Below the pieces are notes generated by a model. It had not been told where the DNA came from. It worked only from the letters and a program-made list of their open reading frames with translations, and ran no database searches. A DNA stretch of 61,459 bases, counting the filler, from Hausera hauseri (Eukaryota), in assembly GCA_046269625.1 (NCBI GenBank). It is 10 parts of 10 records of this genome, joined end to end, with 100 filler letters (N's around TTAATTAATTAA, not from the genome) between each part and the next. Parts side by side here need not be neighbours in the genome. Positions count along the whole stretch, not along the records: positions 12,636 to 16,659 come from JBJURY010811088.1; positions 16,760 to 22,202 come from JBJURY010254180.1; positions 22,303 to 26,946 come from JBJURY010490798.1; 7 more parts are not named here. One strand, 5' to 3'. Positions 12,948-24,959 of this stretch are shown piece after piece. The position numbers were made by a program, and so were the translations under genes. How positions within the stretch are numbered: position 1 is the stretch's first letter; each line of letters begins with the position of its first letter.

Positions 12948-13815
12948 TGTAAAGCATTGCTTTACAAAATCAAAGATCAAAAATATTCAAATACTAAAAA
13001 AATCACGAAATCGCCCATAGGTATAATCATTACCAAAAACATGTGGATTTAAACCCGTTTGTTTAAATCCACAGATCAGTAGTAGAGTTGAACTTTTCAA
13101 AAAAGAGGAAATCCACAACTTCACTAAATCCGCATCGTTGACATCGTCGTCGTCAGCTGCAGACGCCGCTGCAACATCGTCGTCATTGACGATAACAAAT
13201 AGAACGGTCGATCTGCCGATGTTACCCGATCTACTCGATGATTCAGCGATACTGATCATTGACGATGGCAATTACTGAAATTAAGACGAGCCCGTCATTT
13301 ATCAATTCGTTATGGAACTTGTCCATCGGCTCGACTAAGTCAAGTGGTCTCCTCACAACCGACGAAAGCTCATCAGCAAACGATTTCTGTCGGTCATACC
13401 GTCATAAATACCTCATTGTTTTCACATGGTGGACAGATCCGTCAACAGTAATTCCCATCTTAACTATCATATATCAAATACAAATTCAATCGAATGGATG
13501 AAAATATGAACGCAGATAATTTCCTGATCAATTTCTTTAACATTCTTATTATATTCATTTAGCTTTCTGCAGATGACTACACGCGACGCAAGAACAAAAC
13601 AATTAAACAGCGACAGCATCAGCCGTGACGATGACAACGTCAACCGAAATGAAAATTCACGGAAATGTTGTCTCAAAACAGACGAAACAACATCAACCAA
13701 ATAAAACGTGGCGTCAAGGACATTTCCGCCAACATTTTACACGGTGTCGAGTCCAACTTCACCTACACACGACGTCGAAATCACTCCGTCAACCTATATT
13801 TATTAAAATAAACCT
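12948..13815 (-). mobile_element. Probable truncated LTR
   Basis: Ends in a TTTACA hairpin like the LTR at 14736 and has a similar AT-rich/GC-rich layout; interrupts a pol region. Confidence 0.4.
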
Positions 13816-13816
13816 T

Positions 13817-14735
13817 CTAATCTAAAGTTGTTGTTTCCCACATTTTCACCAGTTGTTTTATCGACTGCATTTTAGTACTTGTATTTTGAGACCTATACAA
13901 GGCTCTTGCCCAATATAAATCATCTAAAGTCCTGTTGACTCGTTCTTGATTAGTCACCTTACGGCCGAAATTGGCTTTCGGTTTGTTTGTGTCTTGTTGT
14001 AATGTTTCTGCTTCCGTGCGCTTCCATTCCAGTTCTATTCCGAATGGCTTTTGCAGGTAATCATCGCCTATTACTTCTAGGCACAATTTCGACACTACCA
14101 GTAATGTTACGCGTCTCCTTATTCCCTTGATTTCTACGTCTGTTGTCAGTGTACCCAGGCAATCTAAGTGGCTATTATTCGCACATCGTAGAGTGGTACC
14201 CGATTTCTCTGTGTGTGTTTGCCAGTTTATCCCCAGTCTTCTTGCTTATGACGTTTACCCTGTCACCGTGTCCAATAAACAATTTTCCCATCTATCTTGT
14301 ATATTTAACTTGATTCCTGGTGGCTCATTAAGCTTCCCGCATAATATCTGTTCGACATACAATTCTTCTAGCGTGACAATCTGCGTATCCTTCCCACTTT
14401 CCTCCGTTCCGTTGAAGGATACTTTCTGGAAATTTTCCGTTTTTATAAATTTCGTACTTTTCCTGTGTCCTTTCATCCATCACTATATATCCATGTCCCT
14501 TTCTTCTTAACCCATCTATACTGTTTGATATACTACTACTATTATACATAACGATATTTTGGGAGACTGAATCTATTGTAGTGCTCCGATTTGCTTTATT
14601 TCTATCGAGACTTTGCCTTTCAGGGCAACTGGTTTCTGTTCCGATTCTGTTTCTTCTACCTCTACATTTGCAACTTCCCCGTCTTTGTTCAGATTATCCC
14701 CTTACCTTCTTTTGACGTTGAATGTATTCCTTCCC
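13817..14735 (-). pseudogene. Ty3/Gypsy gag-protease junction remnant
   Basis: GIKLNIQDRWENCLLDTVTG aspartic-protease-like motif among fragmented ORFs. Confidence 0.55.
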
Positions 14736-15759
14736 TGTAAGGTTTTACCTTACAAAAAACACTAAAATTTATATTTAATCACTGATTCAACCCAAGTAAA
14801 CACAAAAATACAAAATCAAATATCAAAACAAAATCACGGATTCGTTAAACACCAAAATTTTTTCACACACGAAACTACACAAAAAATAAAAAAATAAAAA
14901 TTCAAAATCTGGATTTCAAGTGACGAAGTAACCAGCATTTGCAAAATTAACACTATTCAAAATCCATTTGTTTGAATCCATAGTTCAAAAAAGAGCAGAA
15001 TCATTCAAAATATCTACAAACATGCCATAAATATTGAACACAGTGACCAGGTTATCAAAAAACGGTGTATGCATCACCAAAGAAGGCATGAAAACAATAC
15101 GAGTCAATATCGTTAGTAGTAGTAATGGAACGAGAACTCACGCGACCAGAACAGCGAAACCCGGGGAACCAATCGTCAGAGAAGACACTAGGATCCTCCT
15201 AGCCGATGCAGCCATCCAACCAGACACCACAATTGGCGAAAGGAAGACCGTATCGATTCCGGCGTACCGCATCTCGAAAGTACTCCGACCATCGCACGCC
15301 GGAGCGGAAAACATTACCGACAGGCGTACTGCCTCGGCGGAGCAAACCCGATCAGAAGATCAAAAACACAGCCCGGCGAGACACCATCTCCCGTGGAAAA
15401 CGACACCGCATCCGGGACCGTCAAGTTCCGTGCCGTTCTTATTCTGATTACCATACGGTGCGAGTCTTGGCCGCGGAGGCATCCACGCCGTCCACGTCAT
15501 CGCCCAGCTTGGGTAGGGTTGGAAAATCCCCGTCCCCGGGTATGTACGCTGAATCAGAATTTGATCGTTTGTAATTGCTCATCGAAAATTAACAAGTTGT
15601 TGAAAAATTTTATTGTAATCCAAATTATTTATTTTGGAACAAATTTTCCAAATTCAAATCAGATTTTTAATATTACATTTTCAAATTAAAGTTTTAATTT
15701 AAATTTAAAAATGTTTCTAATTTAAATTCAGAATTTTTGTTCTCAATTATATCCTCACA
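14736..15759 (-). mobile_element. 3' LTR (about 1 kb) of a Ty3/Gypsy element nested in another element
   Basis: Minus strand TGTGAGG...CCTTACA, immediately preceded by the polypurine tract AAAAAAGGGGGA (15760-15771) and by integrase. Confidence 0.75.
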
Positions 15760-15774
15760 TCCCCCTTTTTTAAG

Positions 15775-16659
15775 AATCTTCGTAGCTTCTGTACGTTTCT
15801 CTACAATGTTTGGCTATCTTCATGTCGTAGTACGTATCACCTGCCGTAAACTTTCTCAATGATCATGTACGGGCCTTCGTATTGGTCTTTCTACTTTCTT
15901 CCGGATTATTCCCGTACCAGTATCTGATCCCCTACTTCAAACGTCATTTACACTGTGGGTCCTTCCTGACTTTCTGTGTTCCTTGCTTCTGTTCGTTCTT
16001 TTTGTCCATACCATCTTTCTCTATATATCTTTCTGATAAATATTATCTCTGCTGGACTCTTACCTGTCGTCTTCTGGACTGTCGCATTCAACGCAAATTC
16101 TGTTTCTGGTAGTATGTCCTCCCAGTCTCAATTTTTCTGATATCGTGGCATTTATGTATTATCGGATTGTTCGGAATTGTCTCTCGATGATACAGTTTGT
16201 GTTGTGGTGGTATGGGCTCGAATAGCATATTTTATATTCATTGATGACGCCATGTCTTTTATCAGTTTCCACTCAAATGCTTTTCCGCAGTCTGTATGTA
16301 TTTCTTTTGGCGCTCCATATTTGAAAATCCATTTCTTTTCTATCTCTGCTCTGATGGATGCTTCATCCTGCATCGGTATAGCAATTACGGTTAGGTATCT
16401 ACTGTACTGATCTATCATTGCTAAAATGTACCTTTTTTCTCCATGTCTCCTTCATTGATCCACAGTTATCTATGTATACTTTCTCGAATGGCTCGTTTGC
16501 TGATAGGTTCATTGTTTCTTCCTTTGTGCTCGTTGTCAAGGTTTTGCTTCGCTGACAGGCTTCGCAATGTGTAATTACTGTTTGGACTGCTTCTCGTAGG
16601 TTGTCCATGTCATAGTTACTGTCAATGTATTTTATTACCTTTTCTGATCCTGCGTGGGA
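15775..16659 (-). pseudogene. pol: Ty3/Gypsy integrase
   Basis: HAGSEK...CEACQ zinc finger; PFEKVYID; IDQYSRY; YGAPKEIHTDCG; C-terminal EGPY. Confidence 0.88.
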
Positions 16660-17289
16660 NNNNNNNNNNNNNNNNNNNNNNNNNNNNNNNNNNNNNNNNN
16701 NNNTTAATTAATTAANNNNNNNNNNNNNNNNNNNNNNNNNNNNNNNNNNNNNNNNNNNNAAGTCGGCGGAAAGATGTATTTCATCAAAACACATACGCGT
16801 TTTGCCGTGCAGCAAATTCATTTGGATAAGAAGTGATATATGGAAGTTTTGTTTAGTCCTGCGTACATTACATCCATAGGAAAAATAATTGAAAACATTA
16901 TTTTTCAAAAAGCGTATTCTAGCATCTTTTTACGGAATTCCATCAAAATCTAATATATCTAAAAATAGCATCTGTGCACTATGGTAGTATGGCTGTATTT
17001 CCAGCATTAGCTTCGAGGGTTACCTTGAGGGCTATCCATAAGGGTTGACTGCAGACTCTTTCTCTCGAGAGGACCGGTCTCCCCGCGTAGGTAGTTGGGA
17101 TAGCAGGGGGCGGGAGAGGGAAAATAGGAAAATGAAATAAAAAGTGAAATTGTGGTGCCCACAGCGACCGGCGCCCTCTCGCCCATTTGGTTGGGCACGG
17201 CCGGGCCTCCGTTGCCGTCTCATCGGGCCCATAGGCAGGCACCGATCTTCCACCTCGAAACGGCACAATATTATCGCGACAATAAACAA

Positions 17290-17600
17290 TAATAGCCTTC
17301 TTAAAGTTTATAAAGCCTATGATAAGGAAAATAATAGACCATTAACAATGAAGCAGTACATCATTTCATTAAAAAACCTTAGTATAACAGAATCGAAGTT
17401 ATTTGGCAATGAACTCATGTCGTTTTGGAAGCTTCAAGATTCTGGTGGTCAACACTCTAAAATTGTTCAGATGTACGGCATGTACACTCATGGTAGCAAA
17501 TTTATTTTGGCATGGAACTTATGAAAGAATCTTTACGCGATTTAATCAATCATAGCGTGTTTTTCAATGATAATGTTATCATTTCTAACTATCACAATTC
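17290..17600 (+). pseudogene. Ser/Thr protein kinase N-lobe fragment
   Basis: KVYKAYDKENNRPLTMK...ELMSFWKL...HSKIVQMYGMY...WELMKESLRDLI; no catalytic loop follows. Confidence 0.65.
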
Positions 17601-17639
17601 AATAATATATTACAACAAACGTCAAATATCATCCCAAGG

Positions 17640-18125
17640 TCAAAAATCACAACATGACGAAATGTTTCGAAAATCATGTCATACTTTAGTTGATTTGTCG
17701 ATTTCGCGAAACGGACTATTCAGAAAATTATTTATTGAAATTCTGCAGAATCTCCACATTTCAACGAAAAACAGTGAATCATTATCAATTTCACATAACA
17801 AGCAGACCCTTTTGAACTCGATTAGCATTTTAATTGAGGAATTTTTGTCAAAATTTGCAAGGCAATATGGCAATATGGTTGATTTTTTTTCTTTTTAAGT
17901 TAAAAGTATTTCGGAACATAAAGAAAACTTAAGAGTTATTTGATTCTCTATTTAACGTTTCAATTTTGTTAGAAAAAATTATAACATTCGTCACATTTGT
18001 TCTTAAAATTGCGTACGGATTGGTCAGGCAGATGAGCATTGACGTGACATCGGTTCATTTCGAAATATCAGTGGCCTATCTCAACAATAAACTTTTCAGC
18101 TGGATTATGGAAAACGGAGGATGTC
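17640..18125 (+). pseudogene. Bcl-2-family-like fragment
   Basis: BH2-like YLNNKLFSWIMENGG, degenerate BH1-like LEKIITFVTF, helical upstream segments. Confidence 0.5.
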
Positions 18126-18719
18126 AACGACAAAAGACTGCGCCGATTCATTATTTCTCCGAGAACAAAATGAACTAAGAACACTTTGGAGTTGGATTGT
18201 AGAAGCCGCAAATAACAGTCATTATCCGGACAATTAGTCTTCGGGCAAAAGTGAATCGGCACACAGGTACAGTCGATTGCATACGTGACACATTCAGCGT
18301 CACAAGTACTCCTGCTGTTAAATTGATGTTTCAAGTGAGAGATTCTGTCAGTCAAGAGCAAGAAGTCAGATGGAATAAGCTATTCGATCCTCGCCCATTT
18401 CCTAAATACACACATGACTGTCGGCATAAAAAATTTTTTTCGCTTGTGGTTGGCCATTTAAGAAAACAATTGAAAATTGGCGACATATTTGAAAGGATTG
18501 CTGATAAAAAAGGGCTACAACCTTGGCTATCGTGACTCTAAATTCTAACGTTACCTTACAGTATCTCAGACGCGCGTCCAGTGACAAAGGTAATCCAACA
18601 ATTGTTACAATATATATTAAGTGGTGTATGAATGCTTTAATTACATTTACCTATAAAAATTATTTTGCTCATTCCCCACTGTTGCAGTCATTGGTAACCA
18701 TGTCCGGCGAAGCCCAACA

Positions 18720-19335
18720 ACTTGTCTTTAGAGTTGACCACTACGCTGAACTACAACAGGGGTCATCGGTCACTACCTTTTCGCATTGCCGCAGTATTGG
18801 CTTCCAATCATTTATTACCAGGTGACCAAAGCTATGCGACGTATTTAAATGATTTAACTGGCGTAAAATTAAACTATATCCTTGGCATGCAGTTCCTTCA
18901 CGGTTGCTACGAGCCAACTTTGTTAATTTTGTATGAACCTATCGAAACAATTATACGACATGCACTCACACGAAAGGATACATGTTGTATGAGAACATCA
19001 TCGAATCTACAAAAACGTACCAATCCACTTACACGGCATTTAAAAACTCTGCCTCATAATTGTTTTAAAATTGTCCATACACCACGACCTATTGGCGGGG
19101 CCATTATCTTATCAACAAATATTGGCATTTGTTTAAATTCTTGCGGGTTTCGCTTAATGAATATGCCAAGAAAACTACAAATTTCCCATTAAGACATACG
19201 ACTTTATTCAAACCACTTACATTTGATTGCTGCGTTCGTCAATTTATAAATACCGAACAGCTCATAGTTGCTACTAAGACGGCAGAAGCATTTATTGTAA
19301 CATTGATTCTGAAAATGGATATGAGGATGGTTATT
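18720..19335 (+). pseudogene. CPSF1: CPSF1 (CPSF160) internal fragment
   Basis: MQFLHGCYEPTLLILYEP...RKDTC...LPHNCFKIVHTPRPIGGAII...VSLNEYAKKTTNFPLR...LTFDC matches the CPSF160 N-terminal propeller. Confidence 0.85.
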
Positions 19336-19357
19336 GGTCCACGCACTGAAAAACAAT

Positions 19358-19572
19358 ATAAAACAGTTTTTAAACTAGGTATAAATAGGCAACCACTGGT
19401 TTTTCTTCCAGGTTCCGAAATGGCACAAAGTAACAAAGGTGTTATGATGATATCAAATACTATTACTATAGTTGAACTATCCGAGTCCCTATGTAAGTCC
19501 TTCGACATTCTAGTTCTTAAAGGAAATTTTGCGCATTTGTACTTTGGAATGGGATCTTTGAGGCGGAATTCG
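19358..19572 (+). pseudogene. Alpha-tubulin C-terminal fragment
   Basis: FKLGINRQPLVFLPGSEMAQSNKGVMMISNT...KSFDILVLKGNFAHLYFGMG versus alpha-tubulin FKVGINYQP..VPGGDLAKVQRAVCMLSNT...KFDLMYAKRAFVHWYVGEG. Confidence 0.75.
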
Positions 19573-19903
19573 GTCACCCCAAAATTTGGAGTCCACTGCG
19601 GCGGGCTGAGGTTCCGTCTGTCAACCCTACACCGGTCGGTCAGGCAGCGCCCTTCGATTCAGCCCCGCAACACGCCCCCAGGCACACTACTTCTCCTCTC
19701 TATCTTCCTTTTCTAAATGATAAACACACACACATATTACATTGCCTTTACATATTGTAACCATTCGTAACTTCATTTCTTTCTTACTCCACTCTTCCGA
19801 TTTTTATCTTACATATAACGGTTCTATAATACTCCTCACTGGAACCCTACCATCTTTCTCAACCCACACTTGCCTCCACATACAATTCCGTACCCGTGGT
19901 GGC

Positions 19904-20812
19904 ATGAACGCATCGCCAACCATAGACACCACGGATAAAACCACCACGAAACCAAAACCTGTTACATTGCTTCAAAAACCCATTCCTACTACTGCTAACA
20001 ACCTCTCACCTATTACCTCTTCCGCTCCTTTCCCTCACTGCACCGAATTCTTTATTGACAACCAAGGCTCTAGAAAAACGTGGTTGCAATTCCATCAACT
20101 ATGGCTACAGGCAAATAATATTACTGATTCTTCAACCAAGGCACACAATCTTTTCTTCTTACTCCCTAATAACATCAAAACGCGAATTCACAACATCATC
20201 GAAATCTTTGAACTTCCTGATCCATATCTCCAACGCTTCAACGCCGTTCTTAAGATCACAGAACCCTCTATGGACACGATCATACAACGTTTCTTCCACG
20301 ACAATGCTATAGGCACACAACGACCATCAGAATTCCTACGTACCTCTTTGGCACATCTACATACCCTCGGCGTCACTAAAGAACACAATCCAGACCTACT
20401 GCGCCACTATTTCCTCAATGCGTTACCTATCCAAATCCGGGCTCTACTTACCGTGGTGGAGGACTCCACGGCTCTTGAGAAATTGGCCGAATTAGCCTAT
20501 AGGACACAGGACGTTCTAGAATTAAATTCTCCACCAGTTGTTTTGGCAGCAGTTGCCGCTAACAATATTCACACCAATAACACACCAACAATCAACAATA
20601 TTAATAATAAATTAAACGAACTCTCTCTGTCCCACCGAGGGGATTTTGTTTCTGAGCGCGTTCGTTCTGCGTCTAGAAACCGCTCACCATCGTCTGCGTG
20701 TTCGTCGATCTGCTATTACCACAGCAGATTTAACACTAATGCTCAGAAGTGCTGCCTAGGGTGCAAATTTTATAACAAGAGTTTTTCCTCGGACACCGTT
20801 GTTTGCATCTAG
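19904..20812 (+). CDS. gag: Gag, CsRN1-type
   Basis: RPSEFLR...FLNALP capsid region and ICYYHSRFNTNAQKCCLGC CHCC-type motif. Confidence 0.8.
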   Translation: MNASPTIDTTDKTTTKPKPVTLLQKPIPTTANNLSPITSSAPFPHCTEFFIDNQGSRKTWLQFHQLWLQANNITDSSTKAHNLFFLLPNNIKTRIHNIIEIFELPDPYLQRFNAVLKITEPSMDTIIQRFFHDNAIGTQRPSEFLRTSLAHLHTLGVTKEHNPDLLRHYFLNALPIQIRALLTVVEDSTALEKLAELAYRTQDVLELNSPPVVLAAVAANNIHTNNTPTINNINNKLNELSLSHRGDFVSERVRSASRNRSPSSACSSICYYHSRFNTNAQKCCLGCKFYNKSFSSDTVVCI

Positions 20813-21019
20813 CACACAAGGTTCAAAAACCAAGCTCGAAAATGCACTTCAGGCTGCACTTTCAAATCAAATACGAACGACGGACGTACTACCTTTCCTT
20901 CTAATAGTCGTCCTAGTTCATCCTTTCAAAAAACTAAGTTCGCCGCCAGAAGTCACGGCAAACTCTGGAAAAGGCACTACTTCACTTTCTGAACGCCAAC
21001 ACGTCTCTTTTGCTGTCTT

Positions 21020-21330
21020 TATTCTAAAGGCTGCAATCACCGATCCTACAACGCAATCTGTTGATTTCCTCATTGATACAGGTGCAGTGATTTCTTTATT
21101 ACCACAAACCTTTCCTGTAAAAAATTTCACATTCAGAATTAAGCCCTTATACACTGCTTCAGGCCAAACGCTGCACATTTTTGGCATGGCTAAATTATCT
21201 TTCATCTTACCAAAATTTCCTTTTCCTTTCCACTGGCCGTTCACAGTCGCTAACGTCCAGACAGCAATTCTAGGATCCGATTTCATATCACATTATAATT
21301 TATTGGTTGACTGCAGTCAGCGATGTTTGA
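21020..21330 (+). CDS. pol: Retropepsin aspartic protease
   Basis: FLIDTGAVISLLP...AILGSDFISHYNLLVD. Confidence 0.85.
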
Positions 21331-21769
21331 GGAACGGCACCACTGGCGACATCTCTGGGCATGTCAATAGCATTTCAATTACCGCGTGGTCGACCGGGAC
21401 GCGGAGGTCAATCTTAGAAAGTCAATGAATAATTTAAATTTTTATAACAATAATTCAATTCGTAAATTTTTAAATAATAATATTGATATTCGATAATATT
21501 GATGTCGATAATTGTGGTACTACCACCAACGTTAATTCTTTCGACGAAATCACTTCACCCAACAACATTTTTAATTCGACCATCTTACATCAAATACCAC
21601 TTGACTGACATCATCAAACAACTCACACATTGCATCCGCTACTACTCAAGCCGTTTCACCACTTTCACCGCATCTCTCACAGTTACCGACAACTTTACAA
21701 CAATTTGTCAACACATCATGTCCACGCGTACTTAAAAAATATCGTACGTTTACTCCCGCAAACAGTACT

Positions 21770-22202
21770 TTGCACCATATAGTTACACAGAATCAACGAC
21801 CAATACGCCAAAAGGTACGACTTCGGTCACCTCGACGTAGGCAGGCCGTAGAAGCCGAATTCCTTGAACTAAAACGTTCTGGTATAGTACGCCATTCCAA
21901 ATCTCCTTGGTCATCACCTTTCCACGTTGTACAAAAAACGGTACTTTTAGACCATGCGGTGACTACCGACAGCTGAACAACTTGACTGTCATGGATGCGT
22001 ACCCTTTACCAATCATCAAGGATATCTTGCATCCTCTTAATTCAACCATCATCTATTCGACCATTGATTTAACAAAAGCATACCATCAAATACCGGTGGC
22101 ACCCGAAGACATAGGAAAAACTACTGTCACTACTCCTTTTGATCTCTAGACTACCTGTTTATGCCATTCGGTTTGCGGAATGCCGCACAAACTTTTCAGC
22201 AG
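21770..22202 (+). pseudogene. pol: Reverse transcriptase, N-terminal part, frameshifted
   Basis: SKSPWSSPFHVV; RPCGDYRQLN; IDLTKAYHQIP; MPFGLRNAAQTFQ. Confidence 0.9.
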
Positions 22203-22302
22203 NNNNNNNNNNNNNNNNNNNNNNNNNNNNNNNNNNNNNNNNNNNNTTAATTAATTAANNNNNNNNNNNNNNNNNNNNNNNNNNNNNNNNNNNNNNNNNN
22301 NN

Positions 22303-22670
22303 ACGATAATCTTTTGTCCGTAGACATAGACATTAAAATGTCGTAGTGCTTCTTTTACGGCTAATGTTTCTAGTTCGGTAACTGAATAATTCTTTTCGGC
22401 CTTCTTTAGCGAACGTCCTCCATAAGCTATTGGATGTTCTAATTCTTCGTCTTCACGTTTTTGAGCTAATTCATACCCTATACCTTCTTTGCTTGCGTCT
22501 GTTTTAATTATGAATGGCAGGTTAAAATCTGGATATCTTAAAACTGGTTCGCTTGTCAAAACTTTCTTCATTTCGTCAAATGCTTTTTGTTCCACTTCTG
22601 TCCATCTCCACTTAGTTTCTTTTTTGAGTAGGCGATATAGTGGTGCGTTAATTTTTGAATTGTCCGGCAC
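22303..22670 (-). pseudogene. pol: RNase H (Ty3/Gypsy)
   Basis: PFIIKTDASKEGIG...HPIAYGGRSLKKAEKNYSVTELETLAV. Confidence 0.92.
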
Positions 22671-23388
22671 GTAAGTGGCGTAATACCCACATAGGCCTAA
22701 CCAGTGTCTTAACTCTTTGATTCTGCGGTTCCATACATTCGGATATTTTATCTAGCAGGGATTTGTCCGGTTTTGTTTCTCCTTCTCCAACTATATGTCC
22801 GAGGTACGATACTACGTTCTGTGCCCATTTACATTTCTTTGGGTTCAGTTTTAGCCCTGCTTGCTCTAGCCGCATGAATGTATCTTCATTGTCCTTTAAG
22901 TGTTCCTCCTCCGTTTTTGATGCTATCATCACGTCGTCTATGTACGCGAATGCATGATCAAGTCCCATGAGCATCTTATTCATCATTCTCGTAAAAATAG
23001 ATGGGCCTGTGGTGATGCCGAAAGGCATAACATTAAATTCGTATACGCCATCGTGTGTCTTAAACGCTGTTTTATATCGATCTTCTTCAATCTCCACTTG
23101 CCAGTATCCCGATTGTAAGTCGAGTGTGGTAAACCATTTCGCTCCTGATAGTCTGTGCAAAGCTTTTTTTACTGACGACAGGGGAAATGAGTCTTTTATC
23201 ATCAGCGTGTTTAGTGCCCGATAATCTATACAAAATCGATGTTTTGTAGTTCCTTTCTTTTTAACCATAAGTATAGGTGAGTACCATGATCGGTAGCTTG
23301 GCCGAATTATATCGGCCTTTAACATTCGCTCTACCTCTTTAGTTATTTCTGGTCTCAGTGAATGGGGCGATGGGCACCATTTCGGCAT
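22648..23388 (-). pseudogene. pol: Reverse transcriptase (Ty3/Gypsy)
   Basis: RFCIDYRALN, LDLQSGYWQV, MPFG, YIDD, YLGH. Confidence 0.95.
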
Positions 23389-23494
23389 TTTCTGTTCTTT
23401 TAGATGGATTTTATCATTCGAACCGGTTTTTTCCTTAATGGGATTGTTAATCTTAGAGCTTTTGCTCTGCCTATATCTTCCTCATTTTGTGCGA

Positions 23495-24260
23495 TTACTG
23501 AACGGTATTTACATAGTAATTCGTAGAATTTGCAGTACGCCTCAGGCGAGAATTTGGTTTCAATGTGAGTGGAAATTCAGCACACTTATATGGCTTTTCC
23601 TCTATCGTTACTTCCGATACTCTGTAAGTGTGACCTAAAGTAGTGTTAGCGTGCAATCTTACGGGGATTGGTGCATTGTTCGCTAATCTGATAGGTATTC
23701 GTCCCGTCACTACTCTACATAGAATTTTGCTAAACATAAGGTTTGGATTGATATTCTCTTGAGGTTCGAAATATACTGGTAGGTCTTCGCCTTGACGAAT
23801 TTGTTTAAAAATTATCATTTCAGTTCTGGGCTGGATGTCCTCGTCTACTGGAATCCATACTTCGCCTGATTTCCTTTCCTTTATTACTTTTGTCCCTTTA
23901 ATTGGTTCGAGTTCAATTAATTTTCCGTTATGCACATCGATTGCCATACCTGGTATCTGTTTCAGTATATTACAACCTAGTACTACATCGTCTGTCAACT
24001 GGTCCATTTCCGCAAATTCATGTTGAAATGCTTGATCCATCATATAAACAGTAGGAGTCCATTTAAACTTCAGCTTCAATACCTGCCCGAAAGCTCCTAC
24101 ACTACCTTCGTCTGATGATAATGGTGGGCATAGTTGTTTCCGTAATGTGGTCGGTATCGATTCGTATTTTATAAACGATTATTCTTATCCTGTGTCCATT
24201 AAGGCGTATACTTCCCAATCATCGATGTGTATTTTAGCGAAAGGCCTCCCTTCTGCTACT
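23495..24260 (-). pseudogene. pol: Aspartic protease plus dUTPase-like linker domain
   Basis: RPFAKIHIDDWEVYALMDTG ... DVVLGCNIL, then IQPRTEMII...IPIRLANNAPIPVRLHANTTLG. Confidence 0.75.
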
Positions 24261-24959
24261 GTTCCGTAGCAATTTGACGCTACCTTTGTCTGTTTTATAG
24301 TAGAGACTTTGTGTCCATTTATCGTTATTTCTGGCGATGAGAGGATGTTTTCCCTTAACTGTCTTAGTTCTCCGTTTGGGTATAAATTATTATTTGCCAT
24401 ATCATGGGCGCGATTGTCAATGCGCGGTTCCTGTGGTAATGAACTCGAGGTTGAGCATAATTCTGGGTTCTCCCAGATCGCCGATTTTGATTCTATGTGA
24501 CGCGGTATCCTTTTCGAATACAATATCCCGTGGTTGTTTTCTGTTGATCTTTGGTTCATGGCATTCAATTTTCATAGTTCTCCATAATGTTTCGTTTTTT
24601 CGTAAGGATCCTCATAATTAATAGGTTTTTGGTAGATTCCGGAGTTACACGATATGATCGATTTACGATCACAATCTTCATATATTGGTGCGGTTGATGG
24701 CATAATAGGTAATGGCTCATAAATTAATGAATACATATCGTGCATCTTACTTCTAAAACTCACTTCTCCTCCCTTAGGCTCGTCATCATCTGAATCATCC
24801 TTTCGTGTTACTATTTTCTTATCTTTACGTTTATACAAAATCGAAGGCTTTCCTCGCCGTTTGTGATTATAGTACCCGACGTGGCGTTTTACGTTATTCT
24901 TCCATCGATTTTTGTCGTAGGCCTTGAGCATTTTCCCAAAAGGTGTTATATTTGCAGTC

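Larger units (their letters stand above)
19575..22202 (+). mobile_element. Ty3/Gypsy LTR retrotransposon, CsRN1-like, truncated
   Basis: PBS-like TGG at 19587, then gag, protease and RT in order. Confidence 0.85.

Noticed and set aside
15034-15689. Overlapping + strand ORFs of 98-137 aa
   Set aside because: They lie antisense within the GC-rich part of an LTR and show no recognisable motifs.
16979-17289. Three overlapping minus-strand ORFs
   Set aside because: GC-rich, probably non-coding LTR/leader-like sequence; the ORFs are expected by chance.
18200-18400. hAT dimerisation domain (IRDTFSVTSTPAVKLMF)
   Set aside because: Only a loose resemblance; the ERxFS motif is absent.
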